64,000 nucleotides of DNA, taken from a virus. Lineage: Duplodnaviria; Caudoviricetes. Each line of letters starts with the position of its first letter. The stretch's first letter is position 1. The DNA is taken from IMG/VR virus record IMGVR_UViG_3300032225_000686. One strand, 5' to 3'. Shown here in pieces: positions 37,228 through 47,763 of the stretch. Position numbers and translations under genes: made by a program. The notes below the pieces were generated by a model. The model saw only the letters and a list, made by a program, of their open reading frames with translations. It was not told the DNA's origin and made no database searches.

Positions 37228-38280
37228 ATGAGCGACTTTCTAAAGAGCATGATTCGTGCGTCGGGTAACGAGTGGGCAACCATAGCAGAGGACGGAGTTG
37301 ATGGTGATGTTGCGGGCTTTGTTGATACAGGCTCCTACATCTTCAACGCTCTTCTATCGGGTTCACTAAAGGGCGGTATCGCAAGCAACAAGATTCTTGG
37401 TATCGCGGGCGAGAGTGCGACAGGCAAGACCTACTTCGCTCTCGGTATCGCAGCACAGTTCTTGAAGGACAATCCCGATGGAGCGATCCTCTACTTTGAC
37501 AGCGAGCAGGCTGTTACAAGTGAGATGATCTCGGGCAGAGGTCTTGATCCCTCTCGCGTAGCCGTATTCCCTGTGGCTACCGTTGAGCAGTTCCGCCATC
37601 AGTTGCTACAGATCATAGACAACTACGGCAAGTTGGACGAGAAGAAGCGTAAGCCCTTCTTTGTGGTATTGGACTCGCTAGGCATGTTGAGCACTAGCAA
37701 GGAAACTAACGACACACTTGAAGGCAAGGAAGTTCGTGACATGACCCGTTCGCAGGTCATCAAGGGAACCTTCAGAGTTCTAACCATGAAGTTGGGTCTG
37801 CACAAGATTCCTATGGTTGTGACTAACCACACCTATGATGTCGTGGGTGCATATGTTCCGACCAAGGAGATGGGTGGTGGTAGTGGTCTGAAGTACGCTG
37901 CGTCTACCATCGTCTACCTGTCCAAGAAGAAGCACAAGGTAGATGATGAAGTTGTTGGTAACATCATCCATTGCAAGTTGTACAAGGCTCGTTTCACCCG
38001 CGAGAACAAGATGGTGGATGTTCTGCTTACCTTTGACAAGGGTCTTGATAGATACTATGGTCTAGTTGACCTTGCTCTCTCGCAGGGCGTGTTCAAGAAG
38101 GTTTCCACCAAGATTGAACTACCTGATGGGACTACCGCCTTTGAGAGTCATATCAACAAGAACCCCACCAAGTTCTTCACCGAAGAAGTAATGAAGTCCC
38201 TTGAGGTAGCAGCCGCAAAGGAATTCAAGTACGGTAGCGATAGTGAAGTAGAAGTAGAACAGGAGACCGAGAATGTCTGA
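37228..38280 (+). CDS. uvsX: RecA-like recombinase
   Basis: [26 protein letters not shown]. Confidence 0.95.
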   Translation: MSDFLKSMIRASGNEWATIAEDGVDGDVAGFVDTGSYIFNALLSGSLKGGIASNKILGIAGESATGKTYFALGIAAQFLKDNPDGAILYFDSEQAVTSEMISGRGLDPSRVAVFPVATVEQFRHQLLQIIDNYGKLDEKKRKPFFVVLDSLGMLSTSKETNDTLEGKEVRDMTRSQVIKGTFRVLTMKLGLHKIPMVVTNHTYDVVGAYVPTKEMGGGSGLKYAASTIVYLSKKKHKVDDEVVGNIIHCKLYKARFTRENKMVDVLLTFDKGLDRYYGLVDLALSQGVFKKVSTKIELPDGTTAFESHINKNPTKFFTEEVMKSLEVAAAKEFKYGSDSEVEVEQETENV

Positions 38281-38959
38281 TAAGAACTTAAGCATCGTTA
38301 TTCCCTACCGTAACAGGGAAGAACATATGGCTATATTTGTACCTCACATGGAGAAGTTTCTCTACGATAGAGGTATTCTTCGATTTAGAATACGGTTGAT
38401 AGAACAGGCGGCTACCCAAGAAGAACAACCATTCAACAGAGCAAAACTATTGAATGTTGGGTTTGATATCGACAAAGATTGGGCAGACTATTTTTGCTTC
38501 CATGATGTGGACATGATCCCAACAGAAGCAGACTATTCGTATGTAAATGAACCGACTCATATGGCTACGGAATGCTCTCAATTCGGGTATCAGTTGCCGT
38601 ATGGTGGTTACTTCGGCGGGGTTACCATGTTCAACAAACAAGACTTTATGGAAGTTAATGGATACAGTAATCTCTATTGGGGATGGGGAGCAGAAGATGA
38701 TGACATGATGCTTCGTTGCTATGCAAAGGGAAAGATAATTCCTCCTGCTCATATCCCTCGTCGTAGAGGTCGTTATGAATCCTTGGCTCACAAGAGAACT
38801 GTTTGGTTGAATGAATACAAGGAAAACATCAATCGTTTGAGAGGTCTTACTGAAGAGAATGTGATAGTTGAAGGTCTAAACACTCTCACCTACACAGAAG
38901 TTGCTAGGGGTGTTATACCCGAAAGCCGTCATACTACAAAGATAAAGGTTTCTATATGA
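38273..38959 (+). CDS. GT7 (beta-1,4-galactosyltransferase-like)
   Basis: [30 protein letters not shown]. Confidence 0.9.
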   Translation: MSDKNLSIVIPYRNREEHMAIFVPHMEKFLYDRGILRFRIRLIEQAATQEEQPFNRAKLLNVGFDIDKDWADYFCFHDVDMIPTEADYSYVNEPTHMATECSQFGYQLPYGGYFGGVTMFNKQDFMEVNGYSNLYWGWGAEDDDMMLRCYAKGKIIPPAHIPRRRGRYESLAHKRTVWLNEYKENINRLRGLTEENVIVEGLNTLTYTEVARGVIPESRHTTKIKVSI

Positions 38960-39744
38960 AGGGTGTAATAGTCGGTACTGTTAAGGGATTGACTATAAGT
39001 CAAGTGTACCCTTGGGCTTCTACAGCAGCAAAGACAGGTAATAGAGTTGTTCTTTTGAGTATGGAAGAGAACAAGGTACTATCCATGCAGATGAAAGGGT
39101 TGGGAGTAGAGGTTGTTTCGAAACCAGTAACTTTAACAAATAGGTCTCCACATAACGAGAGATTCATACTACAGCACGAATACCTGAATACCTGTGAAGA
39201 AGAATATGCCATCATTACAGATGTCAGAGATGTAGTGTTTCAAGAAGACCCAATTCAATGGTTGAGGGACAACTTGGGGGAGTACAAGGCGGTATGTGCT
39301 AGTGAGGGTTTGGCATACAAGGATGAGCCTTGGGGTAATGATAACCTAAAGGAAGGCTATCCTGAATTGTACGAGACCCACAAAGACAACACGATTGTTA
39401 ATGTTGGCGTTATAGGTGGAAGGACTAAAGATGTTGCAAATATTTGCCTTTCCATCTACGATATGTGCAAGGTAAACAAAGCATATCTTTCGGATCAGTC
39501 TTCTTTCAATGTCTTGTGCGCCAAAGAAGAAATGCAATCTGTAATTCGAAAGACTTCATCTGAGGATAGTTTTTGTATCAATGCCGGAACCTTCGTCAGA
39601 AACGCTGTTGGAGGTAGGTTTGTTCTGAACGATTCAACCGCTCATCTGCTGAGAGAACCGGAACCAGTATTCGATGGCCAGTCACTAAAGACCCCTAGTG
39701 GAGTACCTTATTGTGTCGTTCATCAATGGGATAGAATTCCATGA
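38956..39744 (+). CDS. GT-A-like glycosyltransferase
   Basis: TDVRDVVFQ, N.G.IGG, DQ..FN, VHQWDR. Confidence 0.7.
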   Translation: MKGVIVGTVKGLTISQVYPWASTAAKTGNRVVLLSMEENKVLSMQMKGLGVEVVSKPVTLTNRSPHNERFILQHEYLNTCEEEYAIITDVRDVVFQEDPIQWLRDNLGEYKAVCASEGLAYKDEPWGNDNLKEGYPELYETHKDNTIVNVGVIGGRTKDVANICLSIYDMCKVNKAYLSDQSSFNVLCAKEEMQSVIRKTSSEDSFCINAGTFVRNAVGGRFVLNDSTAHLLREPEPVFDGQSLKTPSGVPYCVVHQWDRIP

Positions 39745-40430
39745 AAGTAGCGTTGTGTCTTTCGGGGCAACCTAGAGGACTTGAAAAGGCATACGAGTAT
39801 GTCAGCAAGAATCTTCTTGATGAGAATGATGTTGATATCTTTTGTCATACTTGGGATGATGGAGACCTAGTTGATAAGGTATACCGACCAACTCATTTGG
39901 GAGTAACTCTATCGTCACAGGTAAAATGGGATGGGGAATTCCGCACTAGAGACCCCATAAACCACCCCGCAAGAAACACAATCTGCTTTTACTATTCTCT
40001 CTATTGCTCAGATATGTTTCGAAAGGAATACGAAATCCGAGAAGGGTTTCGCTATGATGTGGTGATACGATCTCGCTATGACTACGCTATAGCAAGACCA
40101 TTAGACTTCTCTACGATTGATCTCACGAAGATATGGACTCCCCTGATTAAAATACCCATGCCTTCAGGATTCCTTTGCACAGATCAGTTTGCGTTTTCTA
40201 ATTCTAACAACATGGGGGTCTACTCTGATGTATACCCAAACATAGGAAAGTACCACGAAACAGGAACCTTGGTAAATGGGGAAGACTTGCTAGCAAGACA
40301 TTTACGAGAAAGTCAACTAGCAGACTTGGTGTCTTACATGGACATGTGGGATCCTTTCATGGGTGGCAAATACAACTATGGACCGCATTCTTTGATTAGA
40401 GATGACATGGAAGAGTGGAGAAACAAATGA
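39741..40430 (+). CDS. putative glycosyltransferase (KVALCLSGQPR family)
   Basis: ALCLSGQPR, HTW, YDVVIRSRYD, DQFA. Confidence 0.6.
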   Translation: MKVALCLSGQPRGLEKAYEYVSKNLLDENDVDIFCHTWDDGDLVDKVYRPTHLGVTLSSQVKWDGEFRTRDPINHPARNTICFYYSLYCSDMFRKEYEIREGFRYDVVIRSRYDYAIARPLDFSTIDLTKIWTPLIKIPMPSGFLCTDQFAFSNSNNMGVYSDVYPNIGKYHETGTLVNGEDLLARHLRESQLADLVSYMDMWDPFMGGKYNYGPHSLIRDDMEEWRNK

Positions 40431-41230
40431 AGGTTGTCTGTAGTAGGCAGCCAAATTGGCTGAACTTTGAGTTGGATTTCCCCTGCGAGATTCATCTACA
40501 ACAGCCAGAGATGCCATTCAACCCAAACGATGGGGTTTACCGAGTCTATTGTGATTCCTTCGAACCCACCTCTTCTTGCGTACCGCACAACTACATGGAG
40601 CAGGTGTTCCCTATGTATAACCTTGTTCTGACAAAAAATGAGGACACCGTTTCTCGTTTTCCAAACGCTAGACTATTCCTGTTCGGGTCATCATTCATAT
40701 ACCCCGCATTACCTACCAAGAAAGAATTCTCTGTATCTTTCATAACAACTCGACCCCCTTGGCATTTGAGTGGGTATGACATTCGATACGAATTGTGGAA
40801 GAGGCAAGATGAAATTAAAGTACCCAAGGTTTTCTACAGTTCAAACAGAATGCCTATTGATCCAAGCAGGCTTCTGCCGGGTGATGGTTCAAATATGGAC
40901 AAGATGGTTATGTTTGAGTCTATGTTCCACATAGCAGTTGAGAACACCAACGAGCCAAACTACTTCACCGAAAAGATCAATGATTGTTTTTGGACGGAGA
41001 CCGTTCCTCTCTATTGGGGGAACAGGAAAACCATAGACAATTTGTTTGATTCTAATGGAGTGATTCACTTCCAAACTGTAGATGAACTCATAGATAGATG
41101 TAACAACTTGACAGAAACCGATTACTTCTCAAGAGTTGATGCAATGAAGAAGAATAAAATCGTATCCGTAGAGTATGCTAGGGATATGAATGATAGAATC
41201 CGAGAGCAGATTCTTTTGAGTAGGAGTTGA
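40427..41230 (+). CDS. GT10 (fucosyltransferase-like)
   Basis: FHIAVEN...YFTEKI.DC...VPLYWG. Confidence 0.8.
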   Translation: MKVVCSRQPNWLNFELDFPCEIHLQQPEMPFNPNDGVYRVYCDSFEPTSSCVPHNYMEQVFPMYNLVLTKNEDTVSRFPNARLFLFGSSFIYPALPTKKEFSVSFITTRPPWHLSGYDIRYELWKRQDEIKVPKVFYSSNRMPIDPSRLLPGDGSNMDKMVMFESMFHIAVENTNEPNYFTEKINDCFWTETVPLYWGNRKTIDNLFDSNGVIHFQTVDELIDRCNNLTETDYFSRVDAMKKNKIVSVEYARDMNDRIREQILLSRS

Positions 41231-41232
41231 TT

Positions 41233-41856
41233 ATGAGTAGCAGTCTAATACAAGCAGTTCTTTTTGATCTTGATGGGGTTCTTGTTGATGCGTGTGATTG
41301 GCACTACGAATCCCTAAACACCGCTTTGGTCGAATGCGGTCACGCACCCATAAGCAGGGAAGATCATATTAGCAAATACAACGGATTGCCAACTGATGTA
41401 AAACTTGGCATGTTGGGTATAACAGGCTATGATGCTTCTAATGTGTGGAAGTTGAAGCAACAGCATACCCTCAATACCATTCAAGCAAACGCAATAGACA
41501 TGCCCGAGAAGAAAGAACTTCATCAATACTTGAAGTCTAAGGGTATCAAAATCGCTTGCGTTACCAATTCAATAAGGCAAACAGCAGAGGCTATGCTTCG
41601 AAGCACGGGTCAGTTGGAATACATGGATATCGTAGTCAGCAACGAGGATGTAGAAAAGAACAAACCCCATCCCGATTGTTATAACAAGGCTATTAGATTG
41701 CTTGGAGTGAGCCCCACGATGTGCGTGTGCGTGGAAGACTCCGATAAAGGAATAGAGGCGGCTATCGCTAGCATAGCGGGCTGTATGTGGATTGTTAAGA
41801 ACACGACAGAAGTTACCAAGGATAACTACATCAACTTTGAAAGGAAACGAGGATGA
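41233..41856 (+). CDS. HAD-family phosphatase
   Basis: DLDGVLVD, TNS, KPHP, EDS. Confidence 0.9.
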   Translation: MSSSLIQAVLFDLDGVLVDACDWHYESLNTALVECGHAPISREDHISKYNGLPTDVKLGMLGITGYDASNVWKLKQQHTLNTIQANAIDMPEKKELHQYLKSKGIKIACVTNSIRQTAEAMLRSTGQLEYMDIVVSNEDVEKNKPHPDCYNKAIRLLGVSPTMCVCVEDSDKGIEAAIASIAGCMWIVKNTTEVTKDNYINFERKRG

Positions 41857-42569
41857 ACATTCTGATACCGATGGCAGGAGAAGGAAGTAGATTTGCTAAA
41901 GAGGGGTATACCTTTCCTAAACCCCTGATTGATGTAGAAGGTAAGCCGATGATTCAGGTTGTTGTAGAGAACTTGGACTTCGATGCTAACTATATCTTCT
42001 TGGTTCGCAAGGAACATCTAGAAAAGTATTCGGGGCTAAAAACCACACTAAACCGTATAACCAACGGCAAGTTTACAATTGTTGAGGTAGATGGTCTTAC
42101 CGAAGGAGCCGCCTGTACTGCGCTCTTGGCAAAGGAATTCATCAACAACGATGATGATCTACTGATAGCGAATTCGGATCAAGTGATAGAGTACAGCAGA
42201 GAAAACTTTGAAACCCTAAAGAGCATGACTGATGTTGATTCTATGGTCTACACATTTAGAGCAGTCCATCCAAAGTGGTCGTTTGTAAAGACCAACTCTA
42301 GAGGGTTCGTGACAGAGGTTGCAGAGAAGAATCCAATTTCGGATATCGCAACCTGCGGAATCTATTGGTACAGGAAGGGTTCGGATTTTGTGTCCTGCGC
42401 CGAACAGATGATTTCAAAGAACATCCGAGTCAACAACGAATTCTATATTGCTCCTGTTTATAATGAACTAATAGATCAAGGTAAGACTTTGATACCCTTC
42501 TTTGTTCACAAGATGCATGGCATAGGCACACCTGAAGATCTCAAGCAGTATCTTGGACTAGTGATCTAA
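41853..42569 (+). CDS. sugar/polyol-phosphate nucleotidyltransferase
   Basis: IPMAGEGSRF, PKPLI, EKNPIS, IGTPED. Confidence 0.88.
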   Translation: MNILIPMAGEGSRFAKEGYTFPKPLIDVEGKPMIQVVVENLDFDANYIFLVRKEHLEKYSGLKTTLNRITNGKFTIVEVDGLTEGAACTALLAKEFINNDDDLLIANSDQVIEYSRENFETLKSMTDVDSMVYTFRAVHPKWSFVKTNSRGFVTEVAEKNPISDIATCGIYWYRKGSDFVSCAEQMISKNIRVNNEFYIAPVYNELIDQGKTLIPFFVHKMHGIGTPEDLKQYLGLVI

Positions 42570-42612
42570 TGTATGAGATAGTCAGAAACTCCGATTGTCT
42601 GAGTCACATAGT

Positions 42613-43050
42613 ATGATTGTCATATCACACAGAGCAAACCTTGATGGATCAGACCCTAAACGGGAGAATGTTCCATCGTGCATAGAAGAAATTCTTTCTA
42701 TGGGTATTGATGTGGAGATAGATGTTTGGTTCAAGGACGGGGCTTACTATTTGGGTCACGATTCTCCCGACTACAAAGTTGATATCGAATGGCTAAAGAC
42801 AGATGGATTATGGTGTCACGCCAAGAATCAAAACGCTCTTGAGCGAATGAAGTACGATAGGGTTAAGAATTACTTCTGGCATCAAGAGGATAGGTTCACC
42901 ATTACAAGCGATGGACACATATGGTGCTACCCTAACAACATGTCTCATCATGGCATTTTGGTTCATCTAGACCCTCCCAAATCTTCTTTGGATGTCTATG
43001 GCGTTTGCACAGATTACCCCATTTCTTGGCTAAAATACCATAAACCGTAA
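42613..43050 (+). CDS. GDPD/PLC-like phosphodiesterase
   Basis: SHRAN, EN, VEIDV, LGHD, HAKN, CTDY. Confidence 0.75.
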   Translation: MIVISHRANLDGSDPKRENVPSCIEEILSMGIDVEIDVWFKDGAYYLGHDSPDYKVDIEWLKTDGLWCHAKNQNALERMKYDRVKNYFWHQEDRFTITSDGHIWCYPNNMSHHGILVHLDPPKSSLDVYGVCTDYPISWLKYHKP

Positions 43051-43089
43051 GAACACTCACATAGATAATTAGAGCGAAAGGTATTCAAC

Positions 43090-43674
43090 ATGCAACTAAC
43101 CCTGAAAAATTATCAAGATCAACTAAAACCCGAAGGCAACAACATCATACAAGTTGGTGCAAATGATGGTGTTGTTGGAGAAGAGTACGGCTTTATTGAG
43201 ATAGTGAAGAATCAGAACAACAATGTTGTAATGGTGGAGCCAATACCCGAATACCTAAACACACTAAAGCAAACGGTATCGGGAGCAAAGTCCAACATAA
43301 GATTCCTGAACGCTGGCATCAGAAACAAGCAGGGGGTAGATAAGATAACCGTTGAGGGTGGACTGTCTTCTTTCAAGGGTCAGTTTGGTCATAGACCATC
43401 TATAGTAGTCAAGGTTATAAACACCAAAGACCTTTTGGAGTTCTGTAAGTTTGATGTGGTAGACCTACTGCTTCTAGATACCGAAGGTTGTGAGCGAGAG
43501 ATAATAGAGGATTTAGACCTACAGACCAACAACATACGAACCATAAGGTGGGAATACCACAATCTAACTCAAGAAGACAACGAGTTCATAATGAATAAGT
43601 TGAGTCAGCATGGGTTTACCATAGGATTATGTTCCCATGATTCTCAACACAATTTTATAGGATGGAGGTCGTAA
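43090..43674 (+). CDS. FkbM-like methyltransferase
   Basis: QVGANDG, VEP, LDTEGCE. Confidence 0.8.
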   Translation: MQLTLKNYQDQLKPEGNNIIQVGANDGVVGEEYGFIEIVKNQNNNVVMVEPIPEYLNTLKQTVSGAKSNIRFLNAGIRNKQGVDKITVEGGLSSFKGQFGHRPSIVVKVINTKDLLEFCKFDVVDLLLLDTEGCEREIIEDLDLQTNNIRTIRWEYHNLTQEDNEFIMNKLSQHGFTIGLCSHDSQHNFIGWRS

Positions 43675-44375
43675 TGCATCTACTGATCTGCGGTCATCTT
43701 CGCAATTTCTTCTATCACCACAAGTTGTTCATAAACGAGTACTTCGCAAAACTGCCTGCTAAAAGCAAGCATCTCTATACATACAGAAACTTGGGTTGGT
43801 GGAGCGGTATCAATACCGTGACAGAAGGAAAGGATGTTGATTTGGGAGGAATAGTAACCGAAGATTATTTCGATACTATAACCCTATTCAAAACAAATGT
43901 CGTTGGTGGAGCGGCATCTCTATACTTACCCCCAGTCTCATTGAAAAGACCTTATTTGCGTAAAGAAAACATGTCCAAGCAGTTGGCTTTGAGGTATTTG
44001 AGTTGTAGGGCTGCATCCTCCATGATATCCGAGAATTCGGTTGTTGTGTTAACCCGTCCTGATCTCTTGCCAAGCAAAGAAACCTTTGATAACATTCCGA
44101 GAATGGTAGAAGCAGTACAAGCAGACTCTTCTGTTGTTTGCTATATGAGTGAACCCCCGCAAGATCAGGGGGACTATATCTTTGTCGGTACACTAAAAAA
44201 CTTGACTTACATTGTATCTCCCTCCGCTATCAACAAGAATGAATACATGGATGTTCATGACTTCTTGCATGGTGCTGTTGCTGATACAGGAATACGATTG
44301 ATGGGATTCCCGGGAATGGGATGGAATCTCTGCAATTCCCCCAATATGTCTCGCTACGCAGAGGTAAGTCAATGA
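43674..44375 (+). CDS. putative glycosyltransferase (related to 39741 family)
   Basis: ICGHLR, TRPDL, DYIFVG. Confidence 0.5.
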   Translation: MHLLICGHLRNFFYHHKLFINEYFAKLPAKSKHLYTYRNLGWWSGINTVTEGKDVDLGGIVTEDYFDTITLFKTNVVGGAASLYLPPVSLKRPYLRKENMSKQLALRYLSCRAASSMISENSVVVLTRPDLLPSKETFDNIPRMVEAVQADSSVVCYMSEPPQDQGDYIFVGTLKNLTYIVSPSAINKNEYMDVHDFLHGAVADTGIRLMGFPGMGWNLCNSPNMSRYAEVSQ

Positions 44376-45313
44376 GAGCATTGGTAACAGGAGCGGCAGG
44401 ATTCATTGGGTCAAATCTAGTTGACCATCTGATTGATCTTGGTTGGGATGTTGTTGGTATAGACAACGAGTCTAGCCTAGCCCACGATCAATTCTACTAC
44501 AACCCAAAGGCTTCGTATGTGCCCAAGGAAGAAGCAGACATCTCGACAGAAAAGCCGTGGAAAGCACTAGCCAACCATAAGTTTGACTATGTGTTTCACA
44601 TGGGAGCAGAGTGCCGCATTCAGCAATGCATAGAGAATCCCGCACTTTGCATCTCAACAAATGTACTTGGAACCGTAAGAACTTTGGAATACGCGGCAAA
44701 GGTTGGAGCCAAGAGATTGGTATTCTCTTCGACATCTTCGATATACGCAGGTTGTGATTACATGGCAGACGAAAATGAGGAGCCAATCTGCATCAACCCC
44801 TACGCTTCTACTAAAATGGCGGGCGAGGTCTTCTGCAAACAGTACAGTATGACTACAGAGTTGGATACGGTTATACTTCGCTACTTCAATGTTTACGGGA
44901 AGCGACAGCCTGTTCGTGGTTCGTATGCTCCTGTTATAGGAGTGTTTCAGCGTCAACTAGCAGAGAAGACCGCGTTTACCATAGTTGGGGATGGAGAACA
45001 GAGAAGAGATTTTGTGCATGTAAAAGATGTCTGCACGGCTAATGTTTTGGCAGCAACAACTGAAGAGTTTGCCAAAAGGTGCAATGCTGAAGTCTTCAAT
45101 ATCGGCACAGGAAAGAACTATTCAGTCAATCAAGTGGCAGATATGATCTCATCCACACACAATAGAATAAACCTTCCTGCCCGCGATGGGGAGGCTAGAA
45201 CAACTTTGTGTGATTGGGATAAAGCGGCAACATGGTTGAATTGGAGTCCAACAACAGATTTGGCAACTTGGATATCAACAGAAAGAGAAAATCATGTATT
45301 CACAGAACAATGA
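44372..45313 (+). CDS. NAD-dependent sugar epimerase/dehydratase
   Basis: GAAGFIG, YASTK, RYFNVYG, RDFVHV. Confidence 0.93.
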   Translation: MRALVTGAAGFIGSNLVDHLIDLGWDVVGIDNESSLAHDQFYYNPKASYVPKEEADISTEKPWKALANHKFDYVFHMGAECRIQQCIENPALCISTNVLGTVRTLEYAAKVGAKRLVFSSTSSIYAGCDYMADENEEPICINPYASTKMAGEVFCKQYSMTTELDTVILRYFNVYGKRQPVRGSYAPVIGVFQRQLAEKTAFTIVGDGEQRRDFVHVKDVCTANVLAATTEEFAKRCNAEVFNIGTGKNYSVNQVADMISSTHNRINLPARDGEARTTLCDWDKAATWLNWSPTTDLATWISTERENHVFTEQ

Positions 45314-45914
45314 AGAGGAAATAATCCTCAAAAAGTTTGGAGATAAGGTAGGCACATTTTTAGATATTGGTGCTTATGATGGAGTCAATTTAAGTAACAC
45401 CAGAAGGCTTGCTGAATTGGGTTGGAATGGGGTGTTGGTAGAGGGATCATCTTTCAATTTTGGAAAGTTGTTTCACCAATACAAGGGCAACTCCAAAATG
45501 ACCCTAATCAATTCAATGGTTGCTTATCAGGATGAAGTTCCAGAGAGAGTAGTCAAAATGTGGGAGAGTCCAAACTCTGCAATATCGACTATGGAAAAGC
45601 AAAACTACGAGAAGTGGAAAGTAGCCGTTACTTACTACAATCCAGAACCGTTCTACGAGATGTTTGTCTCGGTATCATCTCTCCGTGAGATTTTGAATGT
45701 TTGCAAAAGCAAGCATCCGATAATAGATTTTGTAAACATTGATGTGGAAGGAACATCAACCGATATCGGTTTAAAGTTCGATCCAGACGAATTCCAAACT
45801 TCTATGGTCTGCATAGAACACGATGGTAGAGTGCAGGAGTTGATGGACTATTATTCATCAAAGGGGTTTGTTTTGAACGGGATGAATGCAGAGAACCTAA
45901 TTTTCAGCAGATAA
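45294..45914 (+). CDS. FkbM-like methyltransferase
   Basis: YSQ..E, FLDIGAYDG..SNT, IDVEG. Confidence 0.82.
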   Translation: MYSQNNEEEIILKKFGDKVGTFLDIGAYDGVNLSNTRRLAELGWNGVLVEGSSFNFGKLFHQYKGNSKMTLINSMVAYQDEVPERVVKMWESPNSAISTMEKQNYEKWKVAVTYYNPEPFYEMFVSVSSLREILNVCKSKHPIIDFVNIDVEGTSTDIGLKFDPDEFQTSMVCIEHDGRVQELMDYYSSKGFVLNGMNAENLIFSR

Positions 45915-45917
45915 TGC

Positions 45918-45945
45918 TTGCATTTTTGCTGTATAGTGGTACAAT
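45918..45945 (+). promoter_or_regulatory. sigma70-type promoter of helicase
   Basis: TTGCAT-N16-TACAAT (extended TG). Confidence 0.7.
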
Positions 45946-45951
45946 AGGTGA

Positions 45952-47382
45952 ATGGTAGCCGACAGAACCGAACTAATCATCCTCCGTTCCCTACTCCATA
46001 ACGAAGAGTACGGTCGGAAGGTTCTCCCTTTTCTTCAGCCTGAGTACTTCACCGAACGCGACGAGCGTGTGGTGTTTGATGCTGTTGCAGAGTTCTTCAG
46101 CAAGTACAACAAGCCACCGAGCGTAGAGACCCTTCTGATTGACTTGAGCAAGAAGGACGGGCTAAACGAAGCCGAGTTCAAGAGTGTGCAGACGGTCATC
46201 CGTTCTCTAGCAGACAACAACACAATTGATGATAAGTGGCTCCTTGATACCACCGAGACCTTCTGTAAGGACAAGGCGGTATACAACGCCATCATGGAGT
46301 CCATTCAGATCATTGATGGTAAGAGCCAACGGACTGCAAACGCAATCCCCGAGGTTCTGTCAAAGGCTCTGTCTGTTTCTTTTGATACCCACATCGGTCA
46401 CGACTTTATTGAGGATGCGGACAAGCGATACGACTTCTACCACACAGTAGAAAAGCGTATTCCGTTTGACCTTGACCTGATGAACAAGATCACCAACAAC
46501 GGAACGCCATACAAGACGCTGAATGTGTGCCTCGCGGGCACGGGTGTCGGCAAGTCTCTGTTCCTCTGCCACCATGCTGCGAACTGTCTCATGCAGAGCA
46601 AGAATGTACTCTACATCACCTGTGAGATGGCAGAGGAGCGTATTGCAGAACGCATAGACGCTAACCTTATGGATATCTCTTTGGATGATCTCAAGTCTCT
46701 ACCCAAGGACATCTATGACCGCAAGATCAAGCGGATCATGGATCAGACTACAGGCAAACTGATCGTGAAGGAGTACCCGACAGCAACAGCCAATGTGATG
46801 CACTTCAAGCATCTGTTGGATGAACTGCGACTCAAGAGAAACTTCAAGCCCGAGATCGTGTTTATTGACTACCTGAACATCTGTGCATCTAGTCGCTTCA
46901 AGGCAGGAGCAAATGTGAACTCCTACACCTATGTCAAGGCTATTGCAGAAGAACTTCGTGGTCTTGCTGTAGAGACAGGTGTCCCTATTTTCACCGCAAC
47001 CCAAACCAATCGTTCGGGCTTCTCTAGCACCGATGTTGAACTTACTGACACAAGCGAGTCCTTCGGTTTGCCACAGACAGCAGACTTCATGTTTGCCTTG
47101 GTCTCCACCGAAGAACTTGATGGGCTTGGTCAGATCATGGTGAAGCAGTTGAAGAACCGTTATGCCGATCCTGCCTCTAACCGACGATTCGTTATTGGTA
47201 TTGACCGCAGCAAGATGAAGTTGTTTGATCTTGACCCCTCTGCACAGAACAACATTATCCTAGAGGGGGGTCGGGGCAGTAAGGAGGAACAGGAAGAGGA
47301 TAAGGGAGGATTCAAGACTTTCCGTGAGCGTATGAATGACAAGTTCGACAAAAAGAAGCGGGATTTCGCGGATTGGTCTTGA
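45952..47382 (+). CDS. gp41: replicative DnaB-like helicase
   Basis: AGTGVGKS, EMAEERIAERIDAN, IDYLNI, QLKNRY. Confidence 0.96.
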   Translation: MVADRTELIILRSLLHNEEYGRKVLPFLQPEYFTERDERVVFDAVAEFFSKYNKPPSVETLLIDLSKKDGLNEAEFKSVQTVIRSLADNNTIDDKWLLDTTETFCKDKAVYNAIMESIQIIDGKSQRTANAIPEVLSKALSVSFDTHIGHDFIEDADKRYDFYHTVEKRIPFDLDLMNKITNNGTPYKTLNVCLAGTGVGKSLFLCHHAANCLMQSKNVLYITCEMAEERIAERIDANLMDISLDDLKSLPKDIYDRKIKRIMDQTTGKLIVKEYPTATANVMHFKHLLDELRLKRNFKPEIVFIDYLNICASSRFKAGANVNSYTYVKAIAEELRGLAVETGVPIFTATQTNRSGFSSTDVELTDTSESFGLPQTADFMFALVSTEELDGLGQIMVKQLKNRYADPASNRRFVIGIDRSKMKLFDLDPSAQNNIILEGGRGSKEEQEEDKGGFKTFRERMNDKFDKKKRDFADWS

Positions 47383-47406
47383 CAGCCGATAAACATACAC
47401 TATAAT
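47379..47406 (+). promoter_or_regulatory. sigma70-type promoter
   Basis: TTGACA-N16-TATAAT. Confidence 0.85.
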
Positions 47407-47412
47407 ACACAT

Positions 47413-47661
47413 ATGTTCCGACTCCACATTGATATCCCACTAAACACAGACGAGCAGACTGCTGCAAATCTGTCTAACATGGTTATCGGATTCCTTTCAG
47501 GTAAGGCTTCCGAACACCTTGTTGCAGCGGGGGTGGAGGAGATCAACTACCGATTGGGTAACGATGATGATAGGCAGAAGAGCAACTATCTTATCAAGAC
47601 CGAATCGGGTCATGTCGCTAACAAGAAAACTAGGGTTCCTCTCAAGGAGGAATCCACTTAA
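47413..47661 (+). CDS. hypothetical protein
   Basis: ATG 6 nt after -10. Confidence 0.55.
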   Translation: MFRLHIDIPLNTDEQTAANLSNMVIGFLSGKASEHLVAAGVEEINYRLGNDDDRQKSNYLIKTESGHVANKKTRVPLKEEST

Positions 47662-47662
47662 C

Positions 47663-47736
47663 GGGAGCGGGGGGTCTTTGGTTGGCCCAGATTGGTTTAT
47701 ACCCGATTGGAACAGGTTCGATTCCTGACGCTCCTA
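47663..47736 (+). tRNA. tRNA-Ile(TAT), atypical
   Basis: GGGAGCG/CGCTCCT-A; ATTGG-TTTATAC-CCGAT; CAGG-TTCGATT-CCTG. Confidence 0.75.
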
Positions 47737-47763
47737 CTAAATACTCACAAAGGAGATTTCACC

